The position numbers and the translations under genes are program-made. Shown here piece by piece: positions 31,301 through 41,093 of a DNA stretch of 64,000 bases. Under the pieces are notes generated by a model. That model was not told where the DNA came from. It saw only the letters and a program-made list of their open reading frames with translations, and searched no databases. Within the stretch, counting starts at the first letter, position 1; the number at the start of each line of letters is the position of its first letter. Source of the stretch: a virus; IMG/VR virus record IMGVR_UViG_3300044922_000175, positions 61,940 to 125,939 of that record; one strand, written 5' to 3'.

Positions 31301-32882
31301 AGATGCTTCCATTAAATTTAACAACGTAATTAGTTACAATATTAGTAACGCCTATACTACCTTCTACTTTTACATTACCAACTACATGTAACTTTTCACT
31401 AGGACTAACCGTACCAATACCAACATTTCCTGTAGAATCTATTTTTAATCTTTCTGAACCATTTGTAAAGAAACGAGTTATACCGTGAGTATAGTTAGCG
31501 TTGTTCTTATTTGTCTGACCAATACTAAGTACTCCTGCAGCTGCACCTACAGTATTTGGTACATAATCAAATTCAACTTGATTATCCCAATCCCAACTAG
31601 AGGCAAGAACAATAGAGGGATTATTATTTCCAATCATCCAAAGATGACCATCACTATATCCTAATAAATCAAAGTTATTATATCTTACTTTCTCATAACT
31701 TTGAGTGAGTTTAGCAGATACATAACCACTTCCAACTGCACCTACTTCAAACTTAAATGCTGGATTTGTAGTTCCAATACCCACATTCCCCGTAGTGTGT
31801 TGAAATACTAAAAAATTTGTAGCTAAAGCGTGTGAATACCAAGTCATTGACGTAGTATTTACAGCCATCTCCATTCTGGTTGTACCTCCGTTGTCTAAAA
31901 AGTGCATGTTAGCACCATTTAAATCAGAAGCACGACTTCTTATAAATCCAACTTTAGATATACTAACATAGGTCTTACTATTATAACCCGTAAAAGAAAA
32001 AGAATTACCACTTGACTCAGAGGATCCTGTTAGGATATCAAGTGTAGCAGAAGGTGATGTATTACCTATCCCTACATTTCCTAATTCATCAATACGTACT
32101 CGCTCAGTAGAACCTAAAGCTGATGCTCCTGTACTAAAAGTAATACCATTACCTGCTGCTCCATTTAAACTAATTTTAGCGTTATCAGTAGAGTAGCCCC
32201 AATCATAACTAGTACGGATATCAATTTGTCCTCCCCAGTTACCTTTCTTAGTATAATAAATACCATTAGGTACACCTGCGTGAGTTCCATTTACAGTAGG
32301 AAATAAAATACTATTAGTGTCTCCTATACTTCCTCCAGTAGTACCTAAAGTTATATTTTGTGCAACATTTAGACCACTACTGCCTAATGTCATCCAGTAT
32401 ACAGCTCCAGCTGATCTCCAATAATGAATAGGTGAATCTACATAAACACCATTTCCCCCATTATATAGATGAATGTTACTATAAGTGTCAAGAAGATTTA
32501 AAAAACTACCACTCTTTTCTAATCTTACATTATTAGCAACTGCTGTAAATAAAAGACTACCAGTCATTGTATCACCACTCTTAGAAACTTTGTTTCCTAT
32601 AGATGTAGTAATAGTTGTGGAGAAGTTGGCATCGTCTCCAAGTGCTGCTGCTAACTCATTAAGAGTATCTAACGCTGCAGGTGCTGAGTCTACTAAAGCA
32701 GCTATTGCACTAGTCACATAAGACTGTGTAGCATATCCGCTTAAACTAGCAGAAGTTAAGTACCCTTGAGAAGTAACCCAAGATTGTGTAGCTGCAAGAG
32801 CTCCATTAATAGTAATAGTTCCCGATGTGGTTAGGTCTCCTATTACTATAAGACCATTTTTGACTTTAAATTCGTTTGCCAT
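28332..32882 (-). CDS. Tail fibre with GNVGIGT repeats and C-terminal peptidase S74 chaperone
   Basis: 1516 aa with two LDTLxELAAALGDDxNF motifs and several GNVGIGTxxP repeats. C-terminus SSIKLKENV...GLIAEEVAEVYPEFV. Confidence 0.9.
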   Translation of the reverse strand: MANEFKVKNGLIVIGDLTTSGTITINGALAATQSWVTSQGYLTSASLSGYATQSYVTSAIAALVDSAPAALDTLNELAAALGDDANFSTTITTSIGNKVSKSGDTMTGSLLFTAVANNVRLEKSGSFLNLLDTYSNIHLYNGGNGVYVDSPIHYWRSAGAVYWMTLGSSGLNVAQNITLGTTGGSIGDTNSILFPTVNGTHAGVPNGIYYTKKGNWGGQIDIRTSYDWGYSTDNAKISLNGAAGNGITFSTGASALGSTERVRIDELGNVGIGNTSPSATLDILTGSSESSGNSFSFTGYNSKTYVSISKVGFIRSRASDLNGANMHFLDNGGTTRMEMAVNTTSMTWYSHALATNFLVFQHTTGNVGIGTTNPAFKFEVGAVGSGYVSAKLTQSYEKVRYNNFDLLGYSDGHLWMIGNNNPSIVLASSWDWDNQVEFDYVPNTVGAAAGVLSIGQTNKNNANYTHGITRFFTNGSERLKIDSTGNVGIGTVSPSEKLHVVGNVKVEGSIGVTNIVTNYVVKFNGSILDDSIIYDNGTNIGIGTTSPGAKLHVVGNTYIQSGVLFVDTIAGYATNLVSLAASTNVLVPSGDITIGSAASTSSSQPFGDFSQLKFDNLHSDTNRGPNKIVMHDNGGSWIGGFGIHSDTVSYYTGGHHRWYKTTSQTSSDQVMQLDASGNLSVTGTFSASGYNSSNWNTAYSWGNHASAGYVTSSGSVNYANSAGYAATAGALTSMNISQFTNNSGYFGPGSYSWTSPVFGQYGIKSNLVDNVLYSAADRFEVFKDGVAWNTNSPFNLNYDQWVDIIPVNTSRTYSIVLNTKGNGSSGITYTEGYVYLSFYYVQIPASVSGRVRRQNGTWENISGWTNVANNASYAVWRGNVPGGNYMVEIEITINSGSSVATWFSQWEYVMGRPGQYELGIINKAQDNSLWRNMYFRDSSNNVQVSIGASGLSTSQNLHISGTSALYFPSYGGGFYMQDSSWIRTVNYKSIWTQTGLLGTDGGLTVGYGGATPPSGGAIISGNVGIGTSTPQVKLDVNGALGIVGSNFIYFGHTTGNIGAWTTRTYASGSTHKFNAQTFIFNNEGYGSYEHMALTANGVNLRGKNTIDSTDSWLRLNQSGDYGSGVYTPGLMRADGGFQVSGSTVWHAGNDGSGSGLDADLLDGLQASVFVRNDIYNSALAGLKVFRNIGTIDGSWPNSDHTFSLENSDAGNIVINFHRGGYTSNNLRYNGSQFRFDAALESTGVITATGGNSTNWNTAFGWGNHASSGYATTSYVTTQINNLIAGAPGVLDTLDELAAALGDDSNFATTVTNSIAAKLPLAGGTMSGSINMNGNNVINIGQVNATHAILTNDGSSRVMYIRGSGNIIQFQDAAANNKWEVVGRDGEFYVYKSDGGGSGFAWRIDGAGVHTIYNSLIVNGTITENSSIKLKENVETSEGNLEKVVNLRPVTYNKIGSQTMELGLIAEEVAEVYPEFVQYDENGEPIGVHYSRLTAALIGAVKELTNQVQELNKKING

Positions 32883-32914
32883 TTTTTATTGTTTTCACTA
32901 TCCAACAATGTTCA

Positions 32915-35900
32915 TTAAAAATATTTATAACTCATTACTATGGTATAAGGAGCAGAGCTAGAGTTAACTGCATTAATTCGTGCATCTGAGCCCACTAGAG
33001 AGCTTGTAAAGTTAATAGCGGTAGTTGACCCTATATCAGGTGTAGTTGTTTCTGTGTGAGCGATTGTAGGCGTTCCTGACTGATTCCAAGTAACCATAAT
33101 TGTACCTGCTCTTTGATCTGTAGTTGTGTTGTTGTTCAAAATGTAATATTCAATAAACGCACACATACCTACGCTTACGTTCTGAGACCAAACAATAGTA
33201 GTAGCACTAGGATTAATAGTAGCCGTAGAAGACATGTGTACTACTCCGTTACCAGAGTTAACATTACCTACTCTTAGTTTATCTTGTACTCTTACTTGAC
33301 CATTTACGTCTAAGTCATATCCTGGGGATGCTTGGTTAATACCTACTCTGTTAGTTCCTGAATCATAGGTAAGCGCAGAAGCTCCTGCCAATGTTCCAGA
33401 ACTATTGTATTGGAATTGGGTATTAGATCCTCCTGGAGTTGTTGTTGCTATGGTCCAACTTCTGTTTGCGCTTAGGTCATAAGTAGTTCCATTAATAGTA
33501 AGCGTTCTTGCTTGGGGAACATACCCTGCAGAACTATGATTACCCCAGCTATAAGCAGTATTCCAGTTAGTACTGTTTCCTCCTGTTGCTGTAATAACTC
33601 CGTTTACGTCCAATAAAGTAGCAGGGCTAGAAGTACCAATACCAACAGCTCCCCCACCTAAATTAAATATTACACTATTACCTAACTCATTAATACGAAG
33701 TGGTTTAGAAGAGTGACTTTGAATCCAACTATAGGCACTGTTTCCTCCTAACTTTAAATTAGTTCCTCCACCTGTGGCTAATTCTAAAACTCCAGTACCT
33801 GATGCATCATCCCCACCTAGAATTGTTAATTTAGTATTAGGACTATTAGTCCCTATACCTACATTCCCTCCATTAAAATGAGTTACCCCATTAGATCTAA
33901 TAGCAATACTTGTTGATCCAGCCGATGTACTTGCAAACAGACCAGAATCAATACCTCCTGCCGCATATGCGTGAACATTACCTGCTACATGAAGTTTTTC
34001 GTTTGGACTAGTCGTACCTATTCCAAGATTACCAAAAAGATCAAATCTTCCAACTTCAGCATTGTTTGAACCAAAAATAAGACCCATTCCTGTACGCCCA
34101 TATAAGTAATAATATGAGCCACTAGGAAACTGATAGTAATTTCCGTGATAAAGTACACCACTATTATAAGTTAAATATACTCCGCTAGTTACAAAATTAA
34201 ATGAGCCATTAACATCTAACTTATAAGAAGGATTGGTAACACCAATACCTACGTTACCTGTCGATGTAATACGTGCTTTTTCAGAACCATCTGTCTGAAA
34301 GTACATGTATTCCGAAATATTATCGTATCCTATTTTACCTTTGTACTGCTCACTTTCATCTGTAAATATAATCCCAGCTTCCGCATTATATGCACCAAAC
34401 AAACTAATATAAGCATTATTTCCTGCGGAAGAATTTTGGAAAGAAGCTACGTTTCCTGTAGGTCCGCCTGATGTATTTCCATTAAGTAATACATGTAGTT
34501 TACTACCTGTTGTTGTTGTTCCAATTCCTACGTTGCCACTAGTATCAATGGTCATATCAGGACTAGAACCATTAGACGCTAGGTATAACTTATTACCACT
34601 AGTTGCGTAGACAGTAGCTTGCCCTGTATCCCAAGTTAATCCTCCGTATGCTGTCGGATAACCTCCCCAGAATGAAATTGCAGCACTAACAGTCCATAGG
34701 GAATTTGATGAGAATGTTCCGTTAACGCTTAATTTTTCTGCAGGGTTAGTAGTCCCTATACCTACGTTACCTCCAGTAGTAATGTTAACAACAGGATTTC
34801 CTCCGTTGTAGAGTCTTAATTGGTTTGAAGCACCAACCAAATACATTGAATTTGCTATATCAAGAGTTACTGCTTGACCTGCATCTACTCTTATTTCACC
34901 ACCAGCAACGTGTAATTTAGCACCAGGACTAGATGTACCTATACCAACAAGACCTGCAGAGGTGATGCGTACACGTTCAGTATCAAGTGTACCAAGAATT
35001 AAGTTACCTGCTTCTCTAGAAAAAACATATGCATCAATTCCATTTAAACCAACTGTAAGTCCATCATTACTTGAATTAGTACCTGTACTAGTATTATAAT
35101 ACTGTGTATATGATACCGTATTTGAGCTTTGAACTATGTTTACAATACCACTTCCTACAGTGTGTAATGTAGCTGTAGGACTGGTAGTACCAATACCAAC
35201 GTTTCCATCAGAAGTAATACGCATACGTTCTACTGGGGTATTGCTACCGCCTGATGCAGCCGTGTATAATCTTATACTTCCAGGACTTCCAGTTGAACTA
35301 TATGTATCTTGAGATAAAGCTATTTGAGAACCTGAATATGTATTAAGAATCTTAAATGCTGTAACTCCAGTACTTTGTCCATAATCATGATAAATAGCAC
35401 CCTCTCCATACCCTCCTGAACTCTGTAAAAGTATACCTTCGTCAGCGTGTGTTGCATTAGATATTCCTATTTGCAACTTCTTACTTGGATTAGTAGTACC
35501 TATTCCTACATTACCACTATCTGTTATTTGAAATCTACCTCCAGTAATACCTGGGGCATCAACAGTTAGTGAACCTGTGCCTCCTATGTTTAAAGCGGAG
35601 TACCCTCCACCATTAGTATCAATACGTATACCATTAGAGTTTCCAGAAGAAATAGATAGTTTACCAAACATGGTAGTAGTACCTATCCCTACATTAGTTC
35701 CATCATCAAAGATCTGAGAGTTACCTAAGGTAGTAGATCCTGTGAACTTAGAAATATAGTTAGTAGTTCCACTTGCATTGGCTGGAGTGTATCCTAGCCA
35801 ACCTGCAATTGTTTTATTTACCCAAAGGGTTCCGTTATAACCTAATAAATGCCCGTTTATAGGGGCAGTTGTCTTTAAATCTACGTCATGAAGCTCGTCT

Positions 35901-36586
35901 AACTCAAAACCATTCTGAACCTTTACAAAGATTTCTCCGTTATTAGCGTTCTTACGGGTTACGATACCTATAAAAACTAAGTGAGCAGGGGCGTAAGGCT
36001 TATTAGTTAATCCGTAAATTAAGTTTCCTCCTGTTCCCAACCATACAGGATCACCTGCTGCGCCTGCAGTTGAGGTATCTAATCCATCTAAAAGACCTTC
36101 TGTCACTACATTGGCAAAACCATTTGTAGAAACTGTGGCATCCAAAAGACCCATAGTCTTACTAGATGTGGCCTCAGAAGCATTAGAAGCCAAACCAACA
36201 ATCATGTTAGTTCCATCTGCACTAGTAACGTAAACTGCTTGTCCCTTGTTAATAGCTACACCTGCCTTTACGGTATGCTGTAGTTTAGAAACATAAGGAG
36301 TTGTAATTGTCCAAGACCTATTAGCAGTTAAATCATAACTTACACCGTTAATAGTTAACGTGCGAGATGTAGGAACGTAACCACTTAAGCCTATGCCAGA
36401 TGTAATATCTGACATTAATTGAGCATAGGTTCTAGTATATAGTTGTCCTTGTGCAGTTGTTCCTACAATAACATGATCCCAGCTAGCTGTGTTGGTTATT
36501 CCTGTTAAATAAACAGTCCCTGAAAGAGTGGTTAAACCTTGTATAGTTACACCACATTGAAAAGTTTTAGCACTTAGAGACTTCAT
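32915..36586 (-). CDS. Tail fibre protein with many GNVGIGTTxP repeats
   Basis: 1223 aa with about 9 GxVGIG repeats and a head-fibre-like module (INKGQAVYV...GLL...VVTEG). No S74 domain. Confidence 0.85.
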   Translation of the reverse strand: MKSLSAKTFQCGVTIQGLTTLSGTVYLTGITNTASWDHVIVGTTAQGQLYTRTYAQLMSDITSGIGLSGYVPTSRTLTINGVSYDLTANRSWTITTPYVSKLQHTVKAGVAINKGQAVYVTSADGTNMIVGLASNASEATSSKTMGLLDATVSTNGFANVVTEGLLDGLDTSTAGAAGDPVWLGTGGNLIYGLTNKPYAPAHLVFIGIVTRKNANNGEIFVKVQNGFELDELHDVDLKTTAPINGHLLGYNGTLWVNKTIAGWLGYTPANASGTTNYISKFTGSTTLGNSQIFDDGTNVGIGTTTMFGKLSISSGNSNGIRIDTNGGGYSALNIGGTGSLTVDAPGITGGRFQITDSGNVGIGTTNPSKKLQIGISNATHADEGILLQSSGGYGEGAIYHDYGQSTGVTAFKILNTYSGSQIALSQDTYSSTGSPGSIRLYTAASGGSNTPVERMRITSDGNVGIGTTSPTATLHTVGSGIVNIVQSSNTVSYTQYYNTSTGTNSSNDGLTVGLNGIDAYVFSREAGNLILGTLDTERVRITSAGLVGIGTSSPGAKLHVAGGEIRVDAGQAVTLDIANSMYLVGASNQLRLYNGGNPVVNITTGGNVGIGTTNPAEKLSVNGTFSSNSLWTVSAAISFWGGYPTAYGGLTWDTGQATVYATSGNKLYLASNGSSPDMTIDTSGNVGIGTTTTGSKLHVLLNGNTSGGPTGNVASFQNSSAGNNAYISLFGAYNAEAGIIFTDESEQYKGKIGYDNISEYMYFQTDGSEKARITSTGNVGIGVTNPSYKLDVNGSFNFVTSGVYLTYNSGVLYHGNYYQFPSGSYYYLYGRTGMGLIFGSNNAEVGRFDLFGNLGIGTTSPNEKLHVAGNVHAYAAGGIDSGLFASTSAGSTSIAIRSNGVTHFNGGNVGIGTNSPNTKLTILGGDDASGTGVLELATGGGTNLKLGGNSAYSWIQSHSSKPLRINELGNSVIFNLGGGAVGIGTSSPATLLDVNGVITATGGNSTNWNTAYSWGNHSSAGYVPQARTLTINGTTYDLSANRSWTIATTTPGGSNTQFQYNSSGTLAGASALTYDSGTNRVGINQASPGYDLDVNGQVRVQDKLRVGNVNSGNGVVHMSSTATINPSATTIVWSQNVSVGMCAFIEYYILNNNTTTDQRAGTIMVTWNQSGTPTIAHTETTTPDIGSTTAINFTSSLVGSDARINAVNSSSAPYTIVMSYKYF

Positions 36587-36601
36587 TATTGTTTATGTAT
36601 A

Positions 36602-36630
36602 TAAAAGCTAGGGGTTTTTAGGCCCCTAGC
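36602..36630 (-). terminator. Intrinsic terminator
   Basis: GCTAGGGG/CCCCTAGC 8-bp stem followed by TTTTAT on the minus strand. Confidence 0.75.
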
Positions 36631-36651
36631 AAAGATAAGGTTTAAAATAAA

Positions 36652-38085
36652 TTAAGCAATTTTAATCACCAATACTCTAAGAGCATTTGTAGCAACAGGA
36701 GAACAGAATCCTAAAGTAACTACGTTGATGGTTGTACGTACTACGTCACACTCTACGTTCTCACCAGTAGCTAGTTCATAAACTTGAACTATGATATCGT
36801 TAGAAGCTAAACCGTGAGTCACTATCATGCTAGTAGCTGGAGCTGCTGGACCTGTTGCAGCATAACGCAAAGCAGCTAATCCAGAAGGAGTTACTGCTAC
36901 TGTAGAGCTACTTAAAGCATTTACTTCAGCACTAGTAGCCAATTCTACAACACCTGCAGCACTTGTAGTAGCGTTTACACCACTTACAGTGATAGAAGTT
37001 GTTCCTGAACCAGCAACTGCAACACCGTTAGATCCACTGATTGTGATTCCTGTAATAACGTCACCTGCTAAGTCAGCAGAAGTTAAGTATTTGATTACAC
37101 CTGAGTCAGAAACCAAGTATTTGTTTCCTGTGTAAGCAGCACCAGCATCAGCAATAGAACCTACGTGTAAAGGCTCAGTTACAGTAGACCAGTAGTCACT
37201 AGTCTCATTCCAGATGAAAGAAACGTTAGTACTTGTTCCTCTTTCTACTTCAATACCTGCGTTCTGAGAAGGAGCACTAACTTCATCTCTGTTAAGAAGA
37301 AGAATGTTATCACCAATCTCTACAGTGTTTGAGTTAACGTAAGTTACTGTACCGTTTACAGTTAAGTTGCCACCGACAGTTACGGTAGTTCCGTCATCTG
37401 TAATAGTTGAGTTAGAAAATCCTGTACCGTTCCACTTAGTTAAGTAGTTGTTAGTCAATGATCCAGCTCCTGTGATAGCAATATCATCAGCGTTAACTGT
37501 GATACCAGTTCCAGCACCTACTGTGAATGTACGTGAAGCTGTAATATCTCCACCACCTGTCAAACCTGCACCTGCTGTCAAGACAACTGCAGAGTGATCA
37601 GTGTTAAGAGTAGAGCTAGTATCTAACTGAACGCTGTCTGCATTTACAGTAATACCTGTACCTGCTCCAATGTTAAGAGTTACAGAAGCTCCAAGAGCAA
37701 CAGAACCACCATCAGTAAGACCTGCTCCAGCAACTACAGAAAGAGAGGAGTTAACCAACATTCCGTTAGTAACACCACCTGCCTTAATGTAAAGTTGGTT
37801 AGAACCATTTAAACCAATAGAAGCATCGTCATACAGAACGTTTACGGTAATATCTCTGGTTCCGCTAACAGATATAGCGTTACCAGCTACAATTGACCTT
37901 AGATCACCTCCTACGTCTACCCAGGCAGTACCATCATAGAAGTAGATTGACTTGTCTCCAGTAGAGGAGTTGAAGTAGACCTGACCTGCAGCAGGAGTAC
38001 CTGGTGCTGTACCTAAGTTCTGGATGACCGCATTCTGCAGTTCGCATTTATTGAGGTCTATCGCAGTTAAGAATTTTTTTGCCAT
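36652..38085 (-). CDS. Fibre / virion appendage protein
   Basis: 477 aa with AGAGLTGG and AGTGITVNAD repeats, an N-terminal PGTPAAGQVYFNS motif and a C-terminal ITHGL...DIIVQVYE module. Strong codon bias. Confidence 0.75.
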   Translation of the reverse strand: MAKKFLTAIDLNKCELQNAVIQNLGTAPGTPAAGQVYFNSSTGDKSIYFYDGTAWVDVGGDLRSIVAGNAISVSGTRDITVNVLYDDASIGLNGSNQLYIKAGGVTNGMLVNSSLSVVAGAGLTDGGSVALGASVTLNIGAGTGITVNADSVQLDTSSTLNTDHSAVVLTAGAGLTGGGDITASRTFTVGAGTGITVNADDIAITGAGSLTNNYLTKWNGTGFSNSTITDDGTTVTVGGNLTVNGTVTYVNSNTVEIGDNILLLNRDEVSAPSQNAGIEVERGTSTNVSFIWNETSDYWSTVTEPLHVGSIADAGAAYTGNKYLVSDSGVIKYLTSADLAGDVITGITISGSNGVAVAGSGTTSITVSGVNATTSAAGVVELATSAEVNALSSSTVAVTPSGLAALRYAATGPAAPATSMIVTHGLASNDIIVQVYELATGENVECDVVRTTINVVTLGFCSPVATNALRVLVIKIA

Positions 38086-38112
38086 GATTATATTATTTTA
38101 TATTTTTATTTT

Positions 38113-38568
38113 TTAGTTAAAGTAAGCTTTGCCACTAAATGCTCCACAAAAAGTAATCTTGCAACTATTAAGAGAGAGATAATCAACAGCTCCTTCAACA
38201 ATACTTCCAGCAGAATCTACAACAGTAACGGAAGGATATTTATTCATGTTATGAATAGCAGTCCATTCTATATTAGGTGTATTTTCATAGTGCACATAAG
38301 TATCTACATAGGATACAGTAAGTGCTGCAGCATTTCTTCTATTAAAAACAATAGTTTTTATCAGATCTCCTACTAAAGATATAGATGTAATTGTTTCATC
38401 ATATGCCTGATCTCCTTTTTGAGATAAAACAGCTGATAAATTATCTAGTGTTATTTTCTTTGTAATGTTATTTACAACATCTACAATTGGAATAACATCA
38501 TAGTAAATATTTACCTCTTGTGAGAAGTAAGGAGGTAGTTGTGTTATAGTAGGATCGTAACTACGCAT
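38113..38568 (-). CDS. Fibre-associated structural protein
   Basis: C-terminal WTAIHNMNKYPSVTVVDSAG...G.VDY...CKITF...FSGKAYFN module, as seen in phage fibre proteins. Confidence 0.6.
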   Translation of the reverse strand: MRSYDPTITQLPPYFSQEVNIYYDVIPIVDVVNNITKKITLDNLSAVLSQKGDQAYDETITSISLVGDLIKTIVFNRRNAAALTVSYVDTYVHYENTPNIEWTAIHNMNKYPSVTVVDSAGSIVEGAVDYLSLNSCKITFCGAFSGKAYFN

Positions 38569-38816
38569 TATACAATGAATCTATTTCCTGCTTGAGTTAA
38601 TAAGTATTGAGGACCATAATCTACAACTTCAGTCTCAGTATACTCAGCATCAATTAATTTCATGAGATCAAAAACCTCTTTGTTGTAAATATCTATTTCT
38701 GCTGTATCACTACAACCAGTTTCAATACCATACTTGGTCTCTCTAAATTCAGCATACATTGCTTCACCAAATTTTAAAGAAACTTTAGCTTCATCACAGT
38801 TAGTGCACTTACCCAT
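38568..38816 (-). CDS. Hypothetical tail-region protein
   Basis: 82-aa ORF coupled by overlap to both neighbours. Confidence 0.6.
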   Translation of the reverse strand: MGKCTNCDEAKVSLKFGEAMYAEFRETKYGIETGCSDTAEIDIYNKEVFDLMKLIDAEYTETEVVDYGPQYLLTQAGNRFIV

Positions 38817-38937
38817 TTTTTTGTTTTAAACTTTGTTCATACCCGTCTATACAATTAGCACAGACTTGTTTACCATCAGATGCAGTTTTCTTTTGACAAC
38901 CACAACTTAATCTTGATCCACAATTTTGACAATTCAT
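38809..38937 (-). CDS. 42-aa Cys-rich (zinc-binding-like) protein
   Basis: Translated by hand: MNCQNCGSRLSCGCQKKTASDGKQVCANCIDGYEQSLKQKNG. It fills the gap exactly and overlaps the next start. Absent from the ORF track. Confidence 0.75.
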   Translation of the reverse strand: MNCQNCGSRLSCGCQKKTASDGKQVCANCIDGYEQSLKQKNG

Positions 38938-38953
38938 ATTGGTTTATATTTAA

Positions 38954-39502
38954 TTAATTGCAATAAGTACAGTTTAGTTTTTCAAGTTGTTTCTTAGCAT
39001 AGTTATATATTGCTTGACCTTGTTCAGGGCTATGGCAAAATTCTACTTTTGCTTTAGCACCCTCTAACATCATTTTTAACAACCTTAACTTATTTAATTT
39101 TTCTTTTTCTGCAGGTAATGGCTCACATCCAGACAAGTTAATACTACAAAGAATATTGTAGTATATATTCATAGACTGTGCTATACGTAAATGATTATAT
39201 TCTACCCAAACTTTATCATTTGGTGCAACACTGTAGCGCAAAGTATAAATACCGTCAGGTAATTCACTTAATGCTGTATCACAGTTTGTATCTTGCAAAT
39301 GTAAAGTACATGCATTAAATACGTTTTCACTATTAGGTAAAATCTCAAGAACTACTTCCTCTAAATACCCCGGAAGTAAAATTTGTAATCTATTACAAGT
39401 AATTCCTAACTCTGTACTGTATGTACTAGTATCTACAACTCTAAAGATTTTTGCATTAAGAGTTTCTGGAATATCTAAACTGAGGATGTGTTTTTGTGCC
39501 AT
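38954..39502 (-). CDS. Putative tail hub / structural protein
   Basis: 182 aa containing LPDGIYTLRYSVAPN, located after the auxiliary capsid-like gene. Call is by synteny. Confidence 0.45.
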   Translation of the reverse strand: MAQKHILSLDIPETLNAKIFRVVDTSTYSTELGITCNRLQILLPGYLEEVVLEILPNSENVFNACTLHLQDTNCDTALSELPDGIYTLRYSVAPNDKVWVEYNHLRIAQSMNIYYNILCSINLSGCEPLPAEKEKLNKLRLLKMMLEGAKAKVEFCHSPEQGQAIYNYAKKQLEKLNCTYCN

Positions 39503-39560
39503 AGGATTGTTAAATAGACGGTATGCCTACTCATATATAATTTACTAAATAAATCTAAAT

Positions 39561-39592
39561 AAAAAAAGGGGAAGATCACTCCTCCCCTTTTT
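39561..39592. terminator. Bidirectional intrinsic terminator
   Basis: AAAAAAAGGGGA...TCCCCTTTTT. Confidence 0.75.
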
Positions 39593-39611
39593 ATATGATA
39601 ATAAAGTGTTA

Positions 39612-41042
39612 TTACAATGATTGTAAAGTTACACCATTACCAGCAGCGCTCAAAATTGAAGCCATATCGCTTTCAAAAGTAGAAGCTACTGAGCTAGTAA
39701 TTACTTCACACACATACTGATCATTATCAAATGTGCTAGTAGGATTACTGAAGCGAGGTACATTGTGTACAACCATATAACGGTAGTAAGAGTTGTTACG
39801 GTTAACACCAAATACTGCATTACCATTCAAGATTTCACGGATACGTGGATCATCATTGAAATGATTCTGTGCATAACGCTCAGACAAAATCAAATCACGG
39901 ATGATAGTTTCACCAAAACCTTCACCTTGCTTAGGAAGTTGTAAAGTATTAACACAAGTTCCACCAAAAGCACAAGGATCACCAACTTGATCAATTTCAG
40001 AAGCTAAAACAATAACGCCCTCTTTTTCAAAATGATCAGTAGGTTGGAAAGAACAATCACCAAACTTAGTGTCAACATAAGCACCAGTAATGATAATACC
40101 AGCTTTGTTGTCAGCAGTTGGAGTAGTATCTTCAACAAAAGAATCCCAAGAGATAGCTTTAACAGCGTAAGCAGCAGCACCAGATCCAGAACCACCAGAG
40201 AAAGTAACACCAGCAGCATCAGATAAAACATAACCTGAACCAGATACATTGATGGTAATTGCAGTAACAGCACCACCAGAAATAGTAGCAGTAGCAGTAG
40301 CTTGAACACCTGAAGCAGGAGCAGCAATAGCTACAGTAGGAGCAGAAGAATAACCACTACCACCGTTAGTAATTTTAATTTCAATTACTTTACCAACGTT
40401 AGCAGAAGTAGGATTAACATATGCAGTGTAGCTAACACCAGCATTAGTACTAACGTAAGCTACAGGAGAAATGAACTGATTAATACGGGGATCTTCAGCC
40501 AAGCTCTTAGCCCAACCAACCATAACTGCAGCAGGATCAACACTAGTTTGACCAGTAGCGCAACAACCAGTGTAGTAATCAGCTACATAGTAAGCATTAC
40601 GACCCAAGAAACGCAAAGCAGGAGAACCTTTAACATCTACACGTAAGTAGTAGGTTTCATCACACTTGTAAGTTTTGGTACAAGCAGCATAAGGAGTGTT
40701 GTTCAAACCAGCAGTAAGTCCTACAGCAACAATACTATTAGTTGCAGTTTTAGGAGATACTTTGTAGAAACCGCTAATGTACTTAGGGTTAATAGTTTTA
40801 GACTTTGAAGACTCAGCATAACCACCGTGGAAAGGACCAATCTTGTCATTAGCAGGAGTTAAGCTAGAAGATGCAAGAATAAAGTTTGTTCCGGTAGTAG
40901 CATTTAAGTTTACAAAAGTAGAGGCATTGTAAAGACCAAAGTTACCTACAGTGGTCAATTCAGATGCAGTAGTTCCGCTGGCGCTTTTCTGGTAAGTACC
41001 AGTCCCAAGGAACACCTTTTTGAAAGCATGATTGAAATACAT
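39612..41042 (-). CDS. Abundant structural protein (auxiliary capsid-like)
   Basis: 476 aa with very strong codon bias, its own promoter-like motif and terminator, and an inserted ITNGGSGYSSAPTV module. It lies five genes downstream of the MCP. Confidence 0.6.
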   Translation of the reverse strand: MYFNHAFKKVFLGTGTYQKSASGTTASELTTVGNFGLYNASTFVNLNATTGTNFILASSSLTPANDKIGPFHGGYAESSKSKTINPKYISGFYKVSPKTATNSIVAVGLTAGLNNTPYAACTKTYKCDETYYLRVDVKGSPALRFLGRNAYYVADYYTGCCATGQTSVDPAAVMVGWAKSLAEDPRINQFISPVAYVSTNAGVSYTAYVNPTSANVGKVIEIKITNGGSGYSSAPTVAIAAPASGVQATATATISGGAVTAITINVSGSGYVLSDAAGVTFSGGSGSGAAAYAVKAISWDSFVEDTTPTADNKAGIIITGAYVDTKFGDCSFQPTDHFEKEGVIVLASEIDQVGDPCAFGGTCVNTLQLPKQGEGFGETIIRDLILSERYAQNHFNDDPRIREILNGNAVFGVNRNNSYYRYMVVHNVPRFSNPTSTFDNDQYVCEVITSSVASTFESDMASILSAAGNGVTLQSL

Positions 41043-41093
41043 AATTTTATTTTTTTAATTGTTTATAAATAGATACACTAATATTATACTAAA

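Noticed and set aside
21368-36586. Diversity-generating retroelement TR/VR pair or invertible shufflon in the fibre genes
   Set aside because: The repeat copies I compared differ at synonymous positions involving all four bases, not only adenines. No reverse transcriptase, recombinase or long inverted repeat was seen in the window.
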